DNA from: a virus
Taxonomy: Duplodnaviria > Caudoviricetes
Virus record (IMG/VR): IMGVR_UViG_3300025769_000133
Span: 1-57,579 of that record
DNA length: 57,579 bases
Strand: one strand, 5' to 3'
Shown here: positions 38,067 to 48,568 of the stretch, in pieces
Layout: each line of letters begins with the position of its first letter
How positions within the stretch are numbered: the first letter of the stretch is position 1
Notes under the pieces: generated by a model
Database searches by the model: none
Told to the model about the DNA's origin: nothing
What the model saw: only the letters and a program-made list of their open reading frames with translations
Program-made: the position numbers and the translations under genes

Positions 38067-39242
38067 TTATCGTTTTTTAATTTTTAATTTAGAACTATTG
38101 GCCCCACTAATAGCTTTAACCTTTAGACCATTTAAATAAATAGAGTCGTCTGGTTGCGATATTCGTGGTGAATTACTTATATTTTTAGAATTAGCAGCTA
38201 CGTTTTTAATAGCATCAGCTTTTCCTTGTTCATAAAAGTGACTAGCTATAGTATCTATGTTTTTAGCAGCGAACAAAGATTTGTGATATTTGTTTAAGTC
38301 TTTAACTCTACCTTCTTCATCAAGGAACATCCCCAAGAATTTAGTAATGTCAGATTGACTATCTAATAACTCTTCTGTATTATTAACATTATATCTAACC
38401 TTTTTCTCTCCAAGATTAAAATCAAAACCTTTGAAATCTTCTTTAAAGAACTTGTTAGTGTTGTCAATAAACTCTTCGCGAGTCTTTTTAACTTTCTCTT
38501 GTTCGTTATTGTATCTATTGAAAAAGTCCATTGCTTTTTGTTGTTCTTGAGTTACGCCTGGTCTCAACTTGATCTCATCGTAATATTTGGATTTTGTTTC
38601 TTCAAGAAAATCTTTAGCTTTGGCTACTTCTTCTTTTATAGCAAGCTTTCGCTTGCGTATAGTTTTTTCATCATCTTCTTCTTCATTATATGAAAATTCA
38701 TCATTAAGTAGAAACTCAATTTCTTCCATATTTAAATGAGGTTTAGAAGATTTATAATATTCTTTTAATAATGTTACGTCATCCACTTTGTTGTAATCAG
38801 CGTTTAATCTAACGTAATCTTCTACATTACCACCAGTTTCTTCCATAAATGAAACTAGTTTCTCTATATTTTCAGGTAATTTTTTACCTAATACTTTTTC
38901 GTCTCTAACAGCTTCTTTAAGTTCTTTTTCAACTTCTTTAGTTTCATTTTTAACTTCTTCTTCTGTTATTTCTTGAATCGGCGACCCACTCTCTTCTTTG
39001 TTTTCTTCTTTGGTAAGCTCTTGCACGGGCGGTTTGGATACGCTTCCTTCCATCTTTTGTACATCTTCGGCTTGTTTATTTTCATCCAAGTGCACTGTGC
39101 TTGACTCTGTAGTGGCATCTTCTTTATTTTTACTTAAATCAATTTTATTGTTTTCTACTTTTTTATTAGAAAACTTTTTTGGTTTTTTCTTCATTTTAAA
39201 CTCACCTTCTTGAGGTATGTTTTCTTTTGGCTTTTCTTCCAT
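38067..39242 (-). CDS. Probable capsid scaffolding protein
   Basis: Acidic Glu/Lys-rich coiled-coil protein between portal and capsid; HFYEQGKADA. Confidence 0.65.
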   Translation of the reverse strand: MEEKPKENIPQEGEFKMKKKPKKFSNKKVENNKIDLSKNKEDATTESSTVHLDENKQAEDVQKMEGSVSKPPVQELTKEENKEESGSPIQEITEEEVKNETKEVEKELKEAVRDEKVLGKKLPENIEKLVSFMEETGGNVEDYVRLNADYNKVDDVTLLKEYYKSSKPHLNMEEIEFLLNDEFSYNEEEDDEKTIRKRKLAIKEEVAKAKDFLEETKSKYYDEIKLRPGVTQEQQKAMDFFNRYNNEQEKVKKTREEFIDNTNKFFKEDFKGFDFNLGEKKVRYNVNNTEELLDSQSDITKFLGMFLDEEGRVKDLNKYHKSLFAAKNIDTIASHFYEQGKADAIKNVAANSKNISNSPRISQPDDSIYLNGLKVKAISGANSSKLKIKKR

Positions 39243-39259
39243 GATATGATATTATATAA

Positions 39260-41614
39260 TTAACGTGGTACTTCAAAGTTAGTAGGTAAAGTATCTTCTT
39301 GCCTTTGTTGTATCATTTGACTCTGTTGAGTCGCTTGTATTTTAGTTCGTTTGTCTTTACGATCTTCGATTCTATTTTCTTTCTGTTGCATAGCATCAAC
39401 TTCCATTTGTTTTAATTGTTTGTCAAAACCAAATTGAAGTTCTGCTAATTGTTTTTTAAGTTGACCTTCTGTTTCTATTTTTTGTAATTCAAATTGAGAC
39501 TTACCTTGCTCTATTTGAAGTTCTGTTTGAGCTATCGCTTGTCGCTTTTGAACTTCTGCAGCAGCTGTTCTTTCAGCTGTTTGAGCTTGAGCATCTGCTT
39601 GTGCAGCTATCATTTGCTGTTGCTGAGCGTTGTCTTGTTCTCTTTTCTGTTCTTCTTTTAATTTTAAAAGTTTATTAGCAAGCTTAAGGTTTTTTATTTC
39701 TCTTATATCTACAGCGTCTGGTAAAGTTATACTTTGTTGTTGAAGAGCCATTTGAATGTTTTGCTCAAGCATTGCTCTTTCTTCCTCATCAGGTTCTATT
39801 TCTAAGTAAATACCAAAATCGTATAAATGTATATTTTTTATTTCTTCTAAAGTTTTAACATTATACAAACTAATACTGTCTATTAAACTTTCTCTTAATA
39901 AATCAAATTCTAAACTATCTGAAACTCTAAGCGAAATATTTTCACAAGCTCTTAATACTAGATATAAACTAGCACTTAATATATGTCTAGTAGCAGTGTT
40001 TGAGTTTGCTGCAGCTAGCTTTTGTAAACCTACTAAACTATCTTTTGATGGGTTACTACCATCTCTAGCTTCATTTAAACCGGTCACGTCTCTTATCATT
40101 TGTAAATAATATTGATAAGTCTGTATTAAAGCCTGAATTTTTTGCTGACCGCTTGATGAAGTTAGCTCTTGTATTGGAACTTTACCGTGATTAAAGTCTC
40201 CATCTTGAGTCATTGATCTACCTACAATACTACCAGTTTGAAAATACATATTTAATGCTTCCGCTGGATTATAACTAGTGCCATTACCTAAATCAACCTC
40301 TGCTAAACCATCAACATCCATAAACACACCATCAGGAACTGTTCTAGATAATACTTGCTGTAGTTTCAACGAGGTCAACTGTATAGTATCAGCAAAACCT
40401 ATCATACGTTCTACAAGAGATTCTATACGTCCTTTGTAAATATGAGGAGCAACTATTTGATAATTCATATTTACTTTTGTAGCATTAGAGAAGGGTCTAG
40501 TCATATTTTCAGCTATTTCCCATTCCAACATTATAGGATGACCTAGTATTTTAGCACCTTTATATAACACTTCTACTGATCTAGAAACTCTATCAAATTT
40601 ATCACTTGGTGGTGGGTTAAAAAAATCGTGTTTTTCTATAGCTTTTTCTAAACCTTGATCAGTATATTTTATTTTATAAACTTGATCAGCAAATGTTTTA
40701 TATTCAAAAAACAGCACCTGAACAGTGTTATTATTGTCCTCTCCTTGCCAGTTTCTTGTATAATTAGTATTACCTGGATATTTTTGAATTTCCTCTAACT
40801 CTTTTGGTGGTATTTCTGGATATAACTTTTTTAACTCAGGTATACTCAAAGATTTAACTTCCCCAACGTAATATATATCCTCAAAGTTAGGATCTTCTGT
40901 ATATGACCAAACTAAGTTAGCTGGATCAACATAATCAACAGTAATACCTTCAGTTCTATTCCAACCTGTTTTTACTGCGCCAATACCTAAAACAACTAAA
41001 TCTCTGTTAAATCTATTTCTTACTAAGTCAAATTTATTTTTAGCTAAAGTATTTTCTATTAATTCTTCTTCAGCTATTTCAATTGCTTGCTTATAGTCAA
41101 GCTGCATGTGTATTTCTAATTCTTCTTCAGTCTCAGGAGAACCTTCTGGTGCTTCAGCTATATCTATATTTAGCTTTGACTTTACTTGATTTATAAATTG
41201 TCTAGTCTTTATATCTCTAAGTATTTTTTCACCGTAGTCAGTTCTTTTTTTCTGTGAAGAAGGATCTTGAGAATAAGCTTTTATATCGTAAACTTTTTCA
41301 GACATTCCATTAACTACAATATCTACAAATTTAGGAATAACAGGCACAGGTTTCCAGTCTAGGTTTAAATACGATAAATCTCCATTCACGGATAATTCGT
41401 CTTTATATTTTTGCACTGATTGTTCTCCTCTAGAATATAATCTTCTTTGGTGAAATATATTATAATTAAAAGAATATCTAGTTCCACCAACACCTTGAGC
41501 AAACCATTGTCCTTCTATTGCTCTTGCCACTTGCATACCGTAGTCTAGTGACATTTTCTCTTCTTGAGGTACTACTTGATCAGGAAAGGAACTTCTATTA
41601 TTGGTGTAAATCAT
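39260..41614 (-). CDS. Portal protein
   Basis: LSYLNLDWKPVPVIPKFVDIVVNG, IRDVTGLNEARDGS, Gln-rich helical C-terminus; follows terminase. Confidence 0.87.
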   Translation of the reverse strand: MIYTNNRSSFPDQVVPQEEKMSLDYGMQVARAIEGQWFAQGVGGTRYSFNYNIFHQRRLYSRGEQSVQKYKDELSVNGDLSYLNLDWKPVPVIPKFVDIVVNGMSEKVYDIKAYSQDPSSQKKRTDYGEKILRDIKTRQFINQVKSKLNIDIAEAPEGSPETEEELEIHMQLDYKQAIEIAEEELIENTLAKNKFDLVRNRFNRDLVVLGIGAVKTGWNRTEGITVDYVDPANLVWSYTEDPNFEDIYYVGEVKSLSIPELKKLYPEIPPKELEEIQKYPGNTNYTRNWQGEDNNNTVQVLFFEYKTFADQVYKIKYTDQGLEKAIEKHDFFNPPPSDKFDRVSRSVEVLYKGAKILGHPIMLEWEIAENMTRPFSNATKVNMNYQIVAPHIYKGRIESLVERMIGFADTIQLTSLKLQQVLSRTVPDGVFMDVDGLAEVDLGNGTSYNPAEALNMYFQTGSIVGRSMTQDGDFNHGKVPIQELTSSSGQQKIQALIQTYQYYLQMIRDVTGLNEARDGSNPSKDSLVGLQKLAAANSNTATRHILSASLYLVLRACENISLRVSDSLEFDLLRESLIDSISLYNVKTLEEIKNIHLYDFGIYLEIEPDEEERAMLEQNIQMALQQQSITLPDAVDIREIKNLKLANKLLKLKEEQKREQDNAQQQQMIAAQADAQAQTAERTAAAEVQKRQAIAQTELQIEQGKSQFELQKIETEGQLKKQLAELQFGFDKQLKQMEVDAMQQKENRIEDRKDKRTKIQATQQSQMIQQRQEDTLPTNFEVPR

Positions 41615-43838
41615 TATTTATTATTTTTGAAAGTATACCATTATTGTTATACGTTTTTATCCCTAAATTAATTTTTTTAGTTTGTCTACTGGCAATTGGT
41701 TTATACTTATTTTTATTGCAAGCCATTATCGCTAAACCTGAACTAATAGAAGCATCGTGTTTTGTTCTTCTATTTATATCAAATTGAGCCCAATCTTCTA
41801 AGGTTTTTTGATGATACATATCACCATAAAAGTCACCTTTTAAACCAACATATGAATCTATATAGGATTCTATAGCCGCCGCGTGTGCTTGTTTAATATC
41901 TTCGCTAGAATTAGGTATTCCACCTATTTCTTTTTCTGTAGTTGAAAGCTTGTTCCAAACTTTATCAGGCCTATTCATTGAAAAACCTCTATAACCTCTA
42001 CGTTTAAAGTAATAAAGTAATCTAGGTTTATTGTTTTCTGCTAACAATGGCATTCCATAAAACACACATGCCATCAAAACTTCTTCAAAAAATATATCAG
42101 CAGTCTGAGGTCTAGCTATATATTCTAAAAAGAAATGATTTGGAGGTGCATCTTCCATAGAAAATTTTGTTAGTCCATGTAGTGATCCATTAGACCCTTT
42201 GCCGTCGACAGTACCACTAATATCATAAGAATCACAACCAAGTGCTCCGATATGATCATTTCCAGGGTATTTAACTCCATTTTTTATAATTACTTGATTT
42301 TGAAGATTTTTAGGTGGAACCCATGATATATTAAATCTACCATCTTTGTTTGGCATAAAAATAACATTAGTATCTTTAATACCATCCACCCATTGAAAAC
42401 TTCCTGTTGTAACACTGTTTATATTGTTTATTTCTTCGTTATAATCTATCTGTTCGTAGATTTTAGTTAAGTTAAATAAACTTTGTTTAGTTTCATCTCT
42501 AAAAGCGTGCTTTTCTGTTCTAGGAAATTGTCTGTAATATTCGTTTAAACTATCAGCGTCTTCTTTTAATCCTTCAACTTCATTTTCCCAATGCTCTATT
42601 ACTCCAATTTTAATTGGGATACCATCAATTCCATTTGTTTTATTTTCTGGCGTATTGAATACAGGTGATCCAAAAGTATCCATGAATCCTTCGTAGTTCC
42701 ATTCCATAGGGATGAAAAGAGAATAGAGTCCGCTAGCTGTTTGTCCGTTTCTATTTCTTTTTGTAACATCTGAAGAGTAGTATAATTTTTTGAAGTTATT
42801 TCCACCTTTATCTAATGCATTTGAAGTTGAGCCCATCATACATTTACCTACGATCTTACGTCCTAGTCTTAATGTAGTTTTTGTAACTCTCCAGTTATTT
42901 AATATATTGTCAGGTCTTTCCCATTTACCACTTTCATCATGAGCTAATATTTTCAATTTCTCACCATCGTAAGAGTTGTCACCTGTGTTTTTCCAATCTA
43001 TAGTTGTATCTAATCCTTCTAACTCGGCTAATTTAACATTGTCGTCTAGTTTACGTCTAGTAAGTTTCGAAGCTGGGACTCTATATGCCAGTTCGGTCTT
43101 AGGACGATCCATACCATCCTGGATCGGTTTGAAGAAAAACGGATAGTTAACGGATATCGGGACAACTTTATCTGTGAACATTTTTTTAGCATCTGCTCCA
43201 GACTTTGAAAGGATACCGAATCTAGCGTCTGAAGATATTGTGGCTTGGTTGACAAGTTCAGCGGACGACATAAACGAAAATCCTGATCGTCTGTTTTTAA
43301 GATAACACATTCCGTAGCATCTATTGTCAGCTTTGCAAGCTTGCCAGAATATAAAAAATAACCTGTTTGCTTCTCTATAATCGGCTGAACCAACATCGAT
43401 TTTTGACCACTGCAAGTACATATAGTGAGTGCCTGTAATATAAGTAGGCACGCCGTTATTATAAAACCAGTAACCTTCTTCTCTTCTCTTAAATTCTTCA
43501 TCTATATAATCAAACCATTTTTCTTTAAAATCTGTAGGATATTCCTCCCAGTCAAATCTGCTTTTAATTTTAGCTAATTCTTTTGGGTACTCTTGTTTTT
43601 CCCAGTATTGTTCCGTTTTGTTTTCGCTTCGTTTAAACGGTTCATGCTCTGCTGGTAAAGCAATCCTGAGATTTTGAATTTCAATGATCTGTCCAATTTG
43701 TCCAGTTTTACTAATTACTATAAAGTCATAATCTGCATTGTAACCATATTCCCACTTTTTTAATTTATTTTGTTTTTTGAGAATTTTGTCATTAACAACA
43801 TCTTTTATTTCTTTCCAAAGTGTCTGTTGATAACTCAT
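41598..43838 (-). CDS. terL: Terminase large subunit
   Basis: Walker A-like LKNRRSGFS, Walker B LAHDESGKW, MMGST, nuclease GCDSYD...AENNK...HDASISSG. Confidence 0.92.
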   Translation of the reverse strand: MSYQQTLWKEIKDVVNDKILKKQNKLKKWEYGYNADYDFIVISKTGQIGQIIEIQNLRIALPAEHEPFKRSENKTEQYWEKQEYPKELAKIKSRFDWEEYPTDFKEKWFDYIDEEFKRREEGYWFYNNGVPTYITGTHYMYLQWSKIDVGSADYREANRLFFIFWQACKADNRCYGMCYLKNRRSGFSFMSSAELVNQATISSDARFGILSKSGADAKKMFTDKVVPISVNYPFFFKPIQDGMDRPKTELAYRVPASKLTRRKLDDNVKLAELEGLDTTIDWKNTGDNSYDGEKLKILAHDESGKWERPDNILNNWRVTKTTLRLGRKIVGKCMMGSTSNALDKGGNNFKKLYYSSDVTKRNRNGQTASGLYSLFIPMEWNYEGFMDTFGSPVFNTPENKTNGIDGIPIKIGVIEHWENEVEGLKEDADSLNEYYRQFPRTEKHAFRDETKQSLFNLTKIYEQIDYNEEINNINSVTTGSFQWVDGIKDTNVIFMPNKDGRFNISWVPPKNLQNQVIIKNGVKYPGNDHIGALGCDSYDISGTVDGKGSNGSLHGLTKFSMEDAPPNHFFLEYIARPQTADIFFEEVLMACVFYGMPLLAENNKPRLLYYFKRRGYRGFSMNRPDKVWNKLSTTEKEIGGIPNSSEDIKQAHAAAIESYIDSYVGLKGDFYGDMYHQKTLEDWAQFDINRRTKHDASISSGLAIMACNKNKYKPIASRQTKKINLGIKTYNNNGILSKIINNDLHQ

Positions 43839-44113
43839 TTACTACGCCCTTCTGCAAAACCTTTAAAAGCTCTTTCTTCTTTTACTTCTTCTTTAGGTTT
43901 TCCTTCTAATAAGTTTTCTTCTTCTTCTAGTCTTTTTAATATTTCAAAAGCATCAAATATTGCTAGTTTTTTAGTTGCAGCGGCGTTCTTGAGTCGGTCC
44001 GCAGTCACATCCTCGCCCGTATCTACAATCGGTTCCTTTGCTACTTTTATAAGCTCCTTCACTGCTAATTGCCCAGCTTGGATTATACTCTTTTTCGTTT
44101 CCTTCGTATTCAT
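43835..44113 (-). CDS. Putative terminase small subunit
   Basis: Helical 92-aa protein ATGA-coupled to terL; RLKNAAATKKLAIFDAFEIL. Confidence 0.55.
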   Translation of the reverse strand: MNTKETKKSIIQAGQLAVKELIKVAKEPIVDTGEDVTADRLKNAAATKKLAIFDAFEILKRLEEEENLLEGKPKEEVKEERAFKGFAEGRSK

Positions 44114-44654
44114 GCTTAATTAAAATGTCTTTTGATTTCATACAATATAATAATTGATTGTCAACAACGAATTCCCATTGTCTTAAATCAGGAAAGCTAA
44201 CTAAATCACCATCATTTATACCTAATGACTTTAGTTTTTCGTTTCCATATTTAATAATACCTTTGTTTGGTATTACTTTATCACCTAACTTTTCAGACTT
44301 TAAAGGTTTTATAAAACACCTGTCTAAAAATGCATTATTAACTCCGTTGTTATATAAATACACCTGATCAGGTGCACAAAAATATAAATCCTCTTTAAAA
44401 TAAGATCTACTGTTTTGTTGGACTCCTTTCATATTGTAGAATCTTCTAAAGACATTATGATGAACATATACTATATCACCAGGTTTTATTGGTAGATCAT
44501 AAGCGCTTGGAACACTTATCACCTTAGCCTTTTTATTTATTACTTTAAACTCTTCTATTTTAGTGTTTAACACTAAGGATTTATCACCAACTTTTTTTTC
44601 GTTGTTATATCTTTCGCCAACTGGAGTTATTATGTAGTCATAAAGACTATTCAC
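43971..44654 (-). CDS. GroES-like (probably tandem domain) co-chaperonin-like protein
   Basis: Two GroES-like patterns: DYIITP...AKVISVP...IKPGDIVYV and RCFIKP...GIIKYG...GINDGDLVSF...LYCMKSKDILI. Confidence 0.55.
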   Translation of the reverse strand: MNSLYDYIITPVGERYNNEKKVGDKSLVLNTKIEEFKVINKKAKVISVPSAYDLPIKPGDIVYVHHNVFRRFYNMKGVQQNSRSYFKEDLYFCAPDQVYLYNNGVNNAFLDRCFIKPLKSEKLGDKVIPNKGIIKYGNEKLKSLGINDGDLVSFPDLRQWEFVVDNQLLYCMKSKDILIKHEYEGNEKEYNPSWAISSEGAYKSSKGTDCRYGRGCDCGPTQERRCN

Positions 44655-44877
44655 TGTAACTTAAGTTATATTCAACAGAAACAGCCATATTAGAATTAAA
44701 CTTTTTCCAAGGTAGTATTTCGTTGTTTTTTGTTATGTATATATTATAACAATTATGTTCATCAACCAATATATCAGATATAGTATGACCTCCGTAAACC
44801 TCTTGGCCTACGGAGTAATGCATTGCGTCATTCTTATAATCAGAACCTATACTTATTTTTCTAATTTTATTACTCAT
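44647..44877 (-). CDS. Hypothetical protein, 76 aa
   Basis: ORF track; IRKISIGSDYKNDAMHYSVGQ. Confidence 0.7.
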   Translation of the reverse strand: MSNKIRKISIGSDYKNDAMHYSVGQEVYGGHTISDILVDEHNCYNIYITKNNEILPWKKFNSNMAVSVEYNLSYSE

Positions 44878-44882
44878 GATCG

Positions 44883-45131
44883 CTATTTAACAGGTTCTAG
44901 TTTTTGTTCTCTATCAACTTCTGTATATTCACCTGTTTCTACATTTATGTCTATAGATCCATATTTAGATTCTAACTCTTTTTTAGTTGCTTCCACATCA
45001 GCATTTACAGCAGCAATTTCGTGAAGTGCAGCATGCTTAGCTGTTTCTAAACCTCCTATTTTAAGCATTATAGAGTTTAACAAGCCTTGTTGTTCTTGAA
45101 TTGTTTTTAATTCATCTTCCTTAATCTTCAT
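44883..45131 (-). CDS. Small coiled-coil protein, 82 aa
   Basis: Heptad helices ending YGSIDINVETGEY; follows a tail fibre gene (possible assembly chaperone). Confidence 0.65.
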   Translation of the reverse strand: MKIKEDELKTIQEQQGLLNSIMLKIGGLETAKHAALHEIAAVNADVEATKKELESKYGSIDINVETGEYTEVDREQKLEPVK

Positions 45132-45173
45132 TTTATTAAATTTAATTGTTTGTTTTTTATTTATATATTCTTT

Positions 45174-46412
45174 TTAAAAAGAACTTTTTCTCACTGAACA
45201 GAGTATTGGTACGCCAGTATATAAAGTACTAGATTTAGTAAATGTAACTTCATAATATCCAAAACCTGGTTGTAATGAAGCATCTGGAGTCCACAATCTA
45301 AGTATCATAACTTCATCAGTGGTGAAGTTAAAATCTAAAGTGCCTGTTGTAGTAGCATTATTTGCATTAAAGTCTGTAGTAGTTGTAGTAGTGCTTGTAC
45401 CATCAAAGCTTGTGTATGATGCATGATATACAGAAGCGGTTGATCCACTTCCACCGCCTTGATTTGTTATTTCAAGCTCTATGTCACTAGCGCTTGTATC
45501 CCACCAAAGTCTAACAACACCATCATCAAACATATCTAGATCACCGACGTTACTTGGAGTTAAAGAGTTAATTGGCGCACTTGGCGTTGTCCATTCTACA
45601 CTAGTTCCTGTTGATGTAAGAACTTGTCCTGATGTACCAGATGAAGCTGAACCACCACACTTAAAAGCGCTAGTAGGGCTAAGTCTTAAATCCATTTGGC
45701 TAGTAAGCTCTGCTACAGCATTACCTGAAGTTGAGTCAGTCAATGAAATTCTTTTTTGTCCGCTAATTCCTGTTTGTAGAAAAATAGTTCCAGATGTAGC
45801 GCCTTGTAGAGAAAAATTACCTTGTCCAACTCTTATACCAAAAGTACCTGCTGGATCTTTACCAACACTAAATTGTGAAGTTGTATTTCCTTCTCTAAAA
45901 TCTATAAAAGAACGATTCCCACCTTGATCATTAATAACTGAATTACCGCCTGCATTAACGACAGTTTGAATATCTGGAGTTGAACCTCCAGCTGAAATCC
46001 ATTCTACATCGCCTAATGTGTTTTTAGCAGCTAATACATCTCCAACCGCTGGAGTTCCTAAACTGGCGTTAGGGGTAATTCTTAGATTTCCACCACTAGT
46101 TAAAGTTAAATTAGTATTAGTTGTAGTTCCAATAATGCTAAAGCTAGTATCACTTGATATTGAGTTAACACTCATTGTAGTGATTGTATTACTAGCACCA
46201 TTTTTGAAAAGAATACTACCTGTTCCTCCATTACTGTCAATAATATTACCATTATCTACTATAAATTGTAGATCTGAGGTACTTTTTGCAAAAGCACTGT
46301 CTATAGTCGCACCACTTATCTGCGCGGTTCCAGCCGCGTTATAACCAGCTATACCAGTCATATTAGCTAAAGTTGTTTCTACGGGTAAATTACTTATTTT
46401 TACGTTTGCCAT
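45174..46412 (-). CDS. Tail fibre/receptor-binding protein
   Basis: MANVKISNLP N-terminus; Gly/Ser/Thr-rich; GDVLAA..GDVEW and GTSGQVLTSTGTSVEW fibre motifs. Confidence 0.72.
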   Translation of the reverse strand: MANVKISNLPVETTLANMTGIAGYNAAGTAQISGATIDSAFAKSTSDLQFIVDNGNIIDSNGGTGSILFKNGASNTITTMSVNSISSDTSFSIIGTTTNTNLTLTSGGNLRITPNASLGTPAVGDVLAAKNTLGDVEWISAGGSTPDIQTVVNAGGNSVINDQGGNRSFIDFREGNTTSQFSVGKDPAGTFGIRVGQGNFSLQGATSGTIFLQTGISGQKRISLTDSTSGNAVAELTSQMDLRLSPTSAFKCGGSASSGTSGQVLTSTGTSVEWTTPSAPINSLTPSNVGDLDMFDDGVVRLWWDTSASDIELEITNQGGGSGSTASVYHASYTSFDGTSTTTTTTDFNANNATTTGTLDFNFTTDEVMILRLWTPDASLQPGFGYYEVTFTKSSTLYTGVPILCSVRKSSF

Positions 46413-46422
46413 TTTTATTTAT

Positions 46423-46581
46423 TTAAGGTGCTGCTTCTTGAAGTAGCAAGTCTGTTGTGTTTTGTAGTTCTAAAAATCCTAAACCATTTTCAAGTTCAAT
46501 GAAAAAAGTCTCCGCTGGCGGAGCAGATGGTCCTTTCGGTCTTCGAAGATCTTGAAACTGATTTCCTATACTTATTATCAT
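46423..46581 (-). CDS. Small 52-aa protein, possible fibre adaptor (MIISIGNQFQ...FFIELENGLGFLELQNTTDLLLQEAAP)
   Basis: Read by hand; TAATG coupled to upstream gene. Confidence 0.65.
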   Translation of the reverse strand: MIISIGNQFQDLRRPKGPSAPPAETFFIELENGLGFLELQNTTDLLLQEAAP

Positions 46582-47360
46582 TAGAATAAAGCTAAAATAA
46601 CTTCTTTAGGGTCTACGCCTTCTTCATTTGCTTTGGCAGCACATACTGTTAAGCAAAGCACAGGCATAAAACTTCCAGCAGGTACATTTGTATAAGTTGC
46701 TTTACTTCCACTCTCCATTATAACAGTTAAACTATCCATGGCAGCGCCAACATATAAGGCAGCTCCTGGATTAAATGTAGCCCAATCACAACCAGCAGAT
46801 TGACCTGGTTCTTCTCCTTCTTTACAGTTCCATTTTACTATATCTTTCTGTTTGAAAGCTTTTAAAGAGTTATCAACTGGTAACACATTACCTAATGCAT
46901 CTATTTCGTCTATCGTTAACCTATTTTCCATAGGGCTAAATGGACATCCATAATCCCAAGGAAGAAATACAAGACTTTCTACTTGTACTAAATTATCTGC
47001 ATTAGTTCCAGATGTATAAGTATTACTTTCTTCCCACACTACAGTAAGAATATCTCCTTCGCTGTAAGAAGATCCCGGACTGCAAGAACCCTGACAAATT
47101 TCAGCACTTGTAATTTCTCCATTAGGACCTATAGCTGTAACGCATATAACAGCTCCACTTCCTGTGCCGTCTGGATTTAATGTTTGATAAGTCTGCCCAT
47201 TTGTAATATTTAGTTCAAAACCAGTACCTGAAGTATCTGGTCCAGTTAAAATATCTATACTTTTTACACCTGCATAAACACATCCTGGTAAGTCTTGTAA
47301 AGCTACAGCATCATGCGCGAATACTCTCGGCTGTTTTAGTGTTGTTCCTATTACACTCAT
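46581..47360 (-). CDS. Virion structural protein, 259 aa
   Basis: C-terminal ALYVG...TYTNVPAGSFMPV motif; internal GTGSGAVI...GSSYSEGD beta module. Confidence 0.6.
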   Translation of the reverse strand: MSVIGTTLKQPRVFAHDAVALQDLPGCVYAGVKSIDILTGPDTSGTGFELNITNGQTYQTLNPDGTGSGAVICVTAIGPNGEITSAEICQGSCSPGSSYSEGDILTVVWEESNTYTSGTNADNLVQVESLVFLPWDYGCPFSPMENRLTIDEIDALGNVLPVDNSLKAFKQKDIVKWNCKEGEEPGQSAGCDWATFNPGAALYVGAAMDSLTVIMESGSKATYTNVPAGSFMPVLCLTVCAAKANEEGVDPKEVILALF

Positions 47361-47366
47361 AATTTA

Positions 47367-47816
47367 TTATTTTCTTAATTTTTGAATTTTTTCAGCACCT
47401 CTGCTACCAAAGTATGCTACATATACTGTTATTAATAAAGCTTCCAATAATGAAACCCACCCGTTGTTTATTTCTAATACCACCGTTGAGTCCAGTACTA
47501 TAAAAATAGTCATGGCTAAAGTTAAATATATAAGCGTCAGTGGTCTGGTATTTTTACTCAGCCAAGAGTCGCTTGTCATATCACTTTGCCATCTATTTGA
47601 GATGTTGTTCATCTCGGCAATATCTTGATCTAATAGCTTTAAAGCCATTTCTTTATCTTTGGGTTCTATATTAGAATCACCTGATATAAGATTTTTTACA
47701 ATACCAAGTCCTCCCTTATCAGGAAGAAACTCTCCTACTGTATCTAATATAGCTGGAGCTTTTTCTTTTAAAAATACTCCAACTTTAGTTTCTTTAAATT
47801 TTTTCTTTTTTCTCAT
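47367..47816 (-). CDS. Holin (3TM/GTA-holin-like)
   Basis: RWQSDMTSDSWLSKNTRPLTLIYL...YVAYFGSRGAEK; TM helices. ATG 47816 is the likely start. Confidence 0.7.
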   Translation of the reverse strand: MRKKKKFKETKVGVFLKEKAPAILDTVGEFLPDKGGLGIVKNLISGDSNIEPKDKEMALKLLDQDIAEMNNISNRWQSDMTSDSWLSKNTRPLTLIYLTLAMTIFIVLDSTVVLEINNGWVSLLEALLITVYVAYFGSRGAEKIQKLRK

Positions 47817-47817
47817 T

Positions 47818-48567
47818 TTAAAATAAACTTCTTCTAGACCTTCTACTACCTCTTTTAGCATATCTCTTATTAGATCTATTTCTAGCTTTTAGCTTTTGAT
47901 CTTGAAGCCATCCTTTAGGGTCAAAAGTCTTTTTTAGTTTTTGAGTTCCGTCAGGTTTTACTTTATATATTCTATCTTTTTGAGCTTTGTTATAAGCTTT
48001 GTCTTCCGCTTTTCTTTCTGCCGAGGTTTGCTTTGCCATGTCTAATCCACAAGCTGTTGGGTCTTCAGGGTCACATTCGTATAATGATCTTCCTCTTATT
48101 TTTCCATCACTACTTACTGAGTACTTATTACTAGAGTTTGAACTAGTAGATTTTTTAGTTTCTTTTTTTTCTGTTCCGTCTACGCCTGAAGGGTCTTTGT
48201 GTATTTCAATAGTCCTTAACTGTGGTGTTGAATCTACAAATATACTTCCTCCTGTTTTGTTTATTCTTTCTAGAGTTTCTGTTTGTTCTGGGGATTTGCT
48301 AGGGCTTTTGTATATCTTGTCAGTTCTTTTAGCTCTTATATACTTGTTTAAATCAGATCCTTCATAACCATATTTAGCTTTAGCAAATCCTGAATCAATT
48401 TCGGCTTGAAGTTTATCATAAACTTTAGGGTCTTTTTTTGCAGAGCTAAAAGGTTTATAAATCTCCTTCATTTCAGTTCCTTTAGAAATATCTGTAGATT
48501 TTTTCCAAGAAGATTTTATTTTATCACAAGGTACTATATTTCCATTGCTGTCATAACAATCTGCCAT
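47818..48567 (-). CDS. Hypothetical Lys/Ser-rich protein, 249 aa
   Basis: ORF track; CYDSNGNIVPC and CDPEDPTAC Cys pairs. Confidence 0.65.
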   Translation of the reverse strand: MADCYDSNGNIVPCDKIKSSWKKSTDISKGTEMKEIYKPFSSAKKDPKVYDKLQAEIDSGFAKAKYGYEGSDLNKYIRAKRTDKIYKSPSKSPEQTETLERINKTGGSIFVDSTPQLRTIEIHKDPSGVDGTEKKETKKSTSSNSSNKYSVSSDGKIRGRSLYECDPEDPTACGLDMAKQTSAERKAEDKAYNKAQKDRIYKVKPDGTQKLKKTFDPKGWLQDQKLKARNRSNKRYAKRGSRRSRRSLF

Positions 48568-48568
48568 A

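Noticed and set aside
43046-43501. 151-aa alternate-frame ORF inside terL as an overprinted gene or intron ORF
   Set aside because: terL is continuous and intact; the ORF has no recognisable motif.
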